From Myxococcota bacterium (lineage in GTDB: Bacteria > Myxococcota_A > SURF-8), in the NCBI GenBank assembly GCA_965140415.1, contig OZ223209.1, forward strand, positions 3,648,001 to 3,712,000: 64,000 bases of DNA, given 5' to 3'. Positions 59,998 through 64,000 of the stretch are shown piece after piece (the first letter of the stretch is position 1; each line of letters begins with the position of its first letter). The notes below the pieces were generated by a model that did no database searches, was not told the origin of the DNA, and saw nothing but the letters and a program-made list of their open reading frames with translations. The translations under genes were made by a program, and so were the position numbers.

Positions 59998-60178
59998 AAC
60001 CGTCAACGGTCTAAAACGTTGAATGATCCGTTCCAGCACGACGATTGAGAAGCGGAAGCCATCGGCTAAAACACTGGCTTTTTAGAGTCAAGCTCCGTAA
60101 AAACAATATCTCTCTGAATTGGCAACCTTTTATCGCTCTCCACATGTGGTAATTCCAGACCTCTGTAACAACCACAGC

Positions 60179-60225
60179 ATTATTGACATTCAATAATCTG
60201 TTTTTGCTAATCGATACATTATTGA
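60179..60225. promoter_or_regulatory. Palindromic operator overlapping a -35 TTGACA, plus a third half-site
   Basis: ATTATTGA-CAT-TCAATAAT (60179-60197) and ATTATTGA (60218-60225). Confidence 0.65.
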
Positions 60226-60375
60226 GTTGCTCTTTTTCTGGCTGATATGATATCGTGTTTTAGCTAGGTGTTTTTTCTATCTACAAATGACAGAAGCAGC
60301 ATGTAGCTTCAACTTACAAAGCGATTGGATTCTTGATCGAAGTTAAGCAGTTGAATCCACAAAGGAATTGGTCTC

Positions 60376-60978
60376 ATGACAAACCTGGGCAAGTCAACAT
60401 TTTCGAAACTATTAAACCTCACGTTGAACGTGGTATGGTATTACCTGTTACTCGTAACCGTATTAAGCATCGGCTTGTTTTTCGGAGTGCTCATTTTCGG
60501 AGATTCCGTACGAACCTTCTTGCTCAATTTCCAGCAGTTCCCGGAAAACGCCCTGCTCTTTCACACTTCCGGTGTAGCTTTAATCGTCCAAGATCAACCT
60601 ATCGAGCCGATCCGAAACCAGATCTATCTATTTTCACTCTCCATTGCAACGCTCTACAACATCATGCGCCTGCTGGTGATCTTCGAAATTCGGAAAGTGC
60701 TGAGCACCTCGTTACGCATCGATCCATTCGTAATGGAGAACGTAAAACGAATTCGTATCATCGGCTTGATCTATCTAATTGCACCGCAGATCAACAACTT
60801 GATCATGTATCTAAGCGGACTGATGCTCAAGGACTATGTCCGTGTTGAAAATGGCACCGCTTTTCCCTTCTTCTACGCCGATTACAACAGTTTGTTTATC
60901 GGTTTAGTGATTTTACTGCTGGCGGAAGCCTTCCGAAAGGGAGCGGCGATGAAAGCAGAACAAGACCTGACGATCTGA
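60376..60978 (+). CDS. DUF2975-family membrane protein
   Basis: Four TMs; PF...NVKRIRIIG; C-terminal AEAFRKGAAMKAEQDLTI signature. Confidence 0.9.
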   Translation: MTNLGKSTFSKLLNLTLNVVWYYLLLVTVLSIGLFFGVLIFGDSVRTFLLNFQQFPENALLFHTSGVALIVQDQPIEPIRNQIYLFSLSIATLYNIMRLLVIFEIRKVLSTSLRIDPFVMENVKRIRIIGLIYLIAPQINNLIMYLSGLMLKDYVRVENGTAFPFFYADYNSLFIGLVILLLAEAFRKGAAMKAEQDLTI

Positions 60979-60994
60979 GCGAACGGGAGATGTG

Positions 60995-61222
60995 ATGGCG
61001 ATCAATGTCCGCCTGGCAGTACTGATGGCAGAAAAACGGATTCACCTTTATGATCTTGCCGAACGCGTAGGAATCACACAGGCGAATTTATCCATTCTGA
61101 AAAACAACAAAGCACGAGCGATTCGTTTTTCAACCTTGAACCTGCTCTGCAAAGAGTTGAATTGTCAACCCGGAGATTTAATTGAATTCATCCCGGAAGA
61201 TGATGAAGAAGGTGCAATTTAG
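60995..61222 (+). CDS. XRE-family HTH transcriptional regulator (YozG-like)
   Basis: LAERVGITQANLSILKNNKARAIRFSTL...CQPGDL; canonical partner of DUF2975. Confidence 0.93.
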   Translation: MAINVRLAVLMAEKRIHLYDLAERVGITQANLSILKNNKARAIRFSTLNLLCKELNCQPGDLIEFIPEDDEEGAI

Positions 61223-61347
61223 CACGGATAATCGGTAGTTTAGCGAACAGACACAGCGGATCTGATAAAAAGATTTGAAATGGGAAAATAATAGCAGTAT
61301 CCTGTTAATCTGAGGTTTAGTCCACAAGGACGCAGGAGGACGTTACC

Positions 61348-61875
61348 ATGCCCGGAAAAACAATGCTCATGATCGCAGCGTTGATGCTTCTTTTCTCCCA
61401 GACTCTCTGGGCGAACGAAACACCGGCATCTTCGGATACAATTGAAGATAAAGACCAGGCTGGTTCCAACGAGCAGATTGAGCCACCCACTGCTGATACC
61501 GTTGAAGAGCAAACGGAATCGGTAGCAACCTCGGAAGAAGAAGCCGCCACGGAAGAAAGCGACAAAGCCACCACTGAAGAGGATGAAGTCTCGGAAGAGG
61601 AAGCCAACGCAACCGAAGAAGAACAGGATGAAGAGGAAGTCGCAGAAGAAGAGGAAGAAGAGAGCAGCGAAAGCGACTCTGCCGCCTCTACCGTAAAAAC
61701 GCCTCCACCTCCTCCCACGATCAATAACCATACGAATCAGGCACAGTTCCGGCAACAGATCAATTCAACTTATACACCCGTTCCAACGCCGATTCCGACA
61801 CCGGTCCACAACCCGATCAGCACCCCGGTTCCGACTCCGCTCTTCAGGCCGAACGCACCGCGAGGCGTTAACTAG
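61348..61875 (+). CDS. Secreted low-complexity Glu-rich protein with Pro/Thr-rich tail
   Basis: AGGAGG RBS; signal peptide (LWA-N); poly-Glu tract; PTP repeats. Confidence 0.7.
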   Translation: MPGKTMLMIAALMLLFSQTLWANETPASSDTIEDKDQAGSNEQIEPPTADTVEEQTESVATSEEEAATEESDKATTEEDEVSEEEANATEEEQDEEEVAEEEEEESSESDSAASTVKTPPPPPTINNHTNQAQFRQQINSTYTPVPTPIPTPVHNPISTPVPTPLFRPNAPRGVN

Positions 61876-61997
61876 TCGGACTGGCAGACCAGCACGTTGA
61901 CTGCGAGTCAAATGAAGTCGACAGAAAGCAACTGATCCCACTCCAAACAGTGCGCCTTCAGGCGCCTTGATTCATTTTCATCTTCTATTGAATCCAC

Positions 61998-62025
61998 TTG
62001 ACACACGCCATCATTCGTGTATCAT
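61998..62025 (+). promoter_or_regulatory. Sigma-70-type promoter upstream of the radical SAM gene
   Basis: TTGACA-N16-TATCAT. Confidence 0.5.
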
Positions 62026-62153
62026 CTTTTCATGATGTGAAGAATTAATTTGCATGTCTTCACGCAGACTCGCCCAACCAATACCATCACTAAATCGCCA
62101 TGCGTTTTATACGCCGATATATATTTGCGCATCCTTAAAGAACAGGAAACTGG

Positions 62154-63284
62154 ATGAAACTCGTTCTTCATCTTACAAAAGATTGTAACCTGCGCTGTAT
62201 CTACTGTTATGCGCCTTCAAAAACAGATACGACGATGAGTGTTGAAACCGCAAAAAAAGGCATCGACCTTATCGTAGGACTCAGCCCATCGTCTGCATGT
62301 ATTTCGTATTTCGGCGGAGAACCTCTGTTGAAATTCGACATGATTAAGGAATTGACGGAATATGCATTGGAACTGGGAGAAAAGAAGGACAAACGCATCA
62401 GTTTTCGCATGTCTACCAATGGCCTACTGTTCACAGAGGAAATTCTTTCGTTCTGCCGCGATCACAACATTCTGTTCGCACTTTCCATGGATGGAAATCG
62501 CGACATCCAGGATCGGCAGCGCATCTTTCCAGGTGGAGGCGGAAGCTTTGATGCCTTGAACTCCAAACTGGACATGATCCTGCATTACAACCCGCGAACC
62601 GTGGTCGCCAGTGTAATCACCCCCTGCGCTATTCCTCATTTAGCAGATTCCATGGAATTCCTATGGGAGCGAGGAATACGCTTTATCGCTCATAATCCCG
62701 ATTACACCTACCCAACGTGGATGCCATCTCATTTGAATGAGCTTGAAATCCAATACCGCCGAATGGCCGACTTCTACGTGGAAAAAACTCAGCTTGGCGC
62801 GCATTTTATCATGAGCGTATTCGATGAAAAACTGAAAACGCTGATGCATAAACCTATCGAATTGGGAGGCCAGTGCAATTTCGGAGCACAGAAAGTTTCC
62901 GTCGCGCCGGATGGCCGCCTGTTTCCCTGCGTTCGATTCGTTTCTGACCGAGAAGACGCTAAGCCGTTTTGCATCGGTGATGTCGATACAGGTTTTTCCA
63001 CTCAACGCGAGAAGTTGATCGCTTTAAACAAAAGCGGTCGAACGAACTGCGGCGACTGTGAACACCTAGGGCGTTGCGGCAGTCATTGCGGGTGCAGAAA
63101 CTGGGCACAGACTGGCAGCATTACCGAATCCGGCGCATTGTTGTGCGCACACGAGCGCATGCTGATTCCCATTGCGGATGAAATCGGCAATTTCCTATGG
63201 GACAGTAAAAATCAGACATTCATGAGAAAGCATTACAAACTGGATAAACACTTTCAAGGCATACCCGAGTATGACTTCGATTGA
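62154..63284 (+). CDS. Radical SAM/SPASM protein (anSME/peptide-maturase type)
   Basis: CNLRCIYC; FGGEPL; STNG; SMDG; SPASM Cys pattern QC...FPC...CGDC-x5-C-x3-CGC...LC. Confidence 0.95.
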   Translation: MKLVLHLTKDCNLRCIYCYAPSKTDTTMSVETAKKGIDLIVGLSPSSACISYFGGEPLLKFDMIKELTEYALELGEKKDKRISFRMSTNGLLFTEEILSFCRDHNILFALSMDGNRDIQDRQRIFPGGGGSFDALNSKLDMILHYNPRTVVASVITPCAIPHLADSMEFLWERGIRFIAHNPDYTYPTWMPSHLNELEIQYRRMADFYVEKTQLGAHFIMSVFDEKLKTLMHKPIELGGQCNFGAQKVSVAPDGRLFPCVRFVSDREDAKPFCIGDVDTGFSTQREKLIALNKSGRTNCGDCEHLGRCGSHCGCRNWAQTGSITESGALLCAHERMLIPIADEIGNFLWDSKNQTFMRKHYKLDKHFQGIPEYDFD

Positions 63285-63350
63285 AAACAGGTAAAGCAGA
63301 ATAGTAAAAAGGCAACACATCTTCCCTTAAGAACAGAAAGGATACCGAAT

Positions 63351-63953
63351 ATGAAAGCATCCCTCTTCAACGTCGAGCCGGTTCGATGCTACAAAGGCGC
63401 TCGCTACGGCTTAAAGGCGGCCAACCGTTATGTGGGGCTTGCAACCTGGCTGTTTTTCCGTTTTCCAAAAGAGCTGGTGCGCGGGTCTGTTCTTTTGTTG
63501 CTTGCAGGCGCGCTTACCTTTGGAACACAAGGTTGCACCGATAATGATTCAGGCGATAGAGATTACATTACAGATGGAGATTCATACGATCCATATGATG
63601 ACAACCTCTGGGGGGGAGATGCAGGATATACTTCAGAAGATGACTTGGATGGAGATTATAATAATAACATGATAATTGGGGATGCTGATTATGTCCCGGA
63701 TGAAGATCAGATCGAACCCGATTACGACATGATGATGGGCGATGGTGATTACGTCCCGGATGAAGATCTCCTGCCGCCTTCCGATCAAGATCAGGAATAC
63801 GATAGCGACCTTGTTTCAGGCGATCAGGATGGCGAAATCGAACCGGATGCGGAAATTGACATCGATTTCCACGAGAACCTGTTTCTCGGTGACGGAGACG
63901 ATCTCCGAAGCAAGGACATGGTTTCTCCATCCAAAAACGATAAAAAGAACTAA
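63351..63953 (+). CDS. Putative radical-SAM-associated lipoprotein with N-terminal leader and repeated acidic cores
   Basis: About 40-aa extension before a lipoprotein signal (TQGC); repeated hydrophobic-x-G-D-x-D motifs; AAGGA RBS; 66 bp after the rSAM gene. Confidence 0.7.
   Translation: MKASLFNVEPVRCYKGARYGLKAANRYVGLATWLFFRFPKELVRGSVLLLLAGALTFGTQGCTDNDSGDRDYITDGDSYDPYDDNLWGGDAGYTSEDDLDGDYNNNMIIGDADYVPDEDQIEPDYDMMMGDGDYVPDEDLLPPSDQDQEYDSDLVSGDQDGEIEPDAEIDIDFHENLFLGDGDDLRSKDMVSPSKNDKKN
63669..63768 (+). repeat. 60-nt-period direct repeat within the lipoprotein
   Basis: ATGATAATTGGGGATGCTGATTATGTCCCGGATGAAGATC (63669-63708) versus ATGATGATGGGCGATGGTGATTACGTCCCGGATGAAGATC (63729-63768). Confidence 0.85.
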
Positions 63954-64000
63954 AGGGTCCTCATGCGGCAGGTACAGGTAACAAATCCATCTTTTCCCGA

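Noticed and set aside
61240-61755. Phe-rich and Ser-rich minus-strand ORFs
   Set aside because: Reverse complement of GAA-rich codons; the plus strand has the RBS and signal peptide.

Overview
A 64-kb bacterial chromosomal segment with no rRNA, tRNA, CRISPR array or transposase that I could detect. MYXO-CTERM-like sorting tails, AgmX/PglI-type TonB-C domains, a TIGR04552-like protein and many Cys-rich lipoproteins point to a Myxococcota/deltaproteobacterial lineage (inference). Housekeeping genes include a Na/Pi cotransporter with a PhoU-like partner, an aminotransferase, an M32 carboxypeptidase, dnaE and lspA-lgt. A signalling block (13-26.5 kb) holds two kinases, a sigma-54 activator, a readable -24/-12 promoter with tandem enhancer sites, a frameshifted chemoreceptor and a diguanylate cyclase. 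About ten exported proteins share Asp-Gly-Asp (DGD) motifs, mostly in linkers. Best candidates for undescribed systems: (1) a tightly coupled 7-gene operon (44195-36499, minus strand) with a GlmL/MutL-type actin-fold ATPase but no glutamate mutase, a barrel-sandwich-hybrid protein and four membrane proteins; (2) a radical SAM/SPASM enzyme next to a leader-bearing lipoprotein with repeated hydrophobic-G-D-x-D cores; (3) a diverged RelA/SpoT-like nucleotidyltransferase co-oriented with a cNMP-binding protein and a HAD phosphatase. All family calls come from motif recognition by eye; no searches were run.
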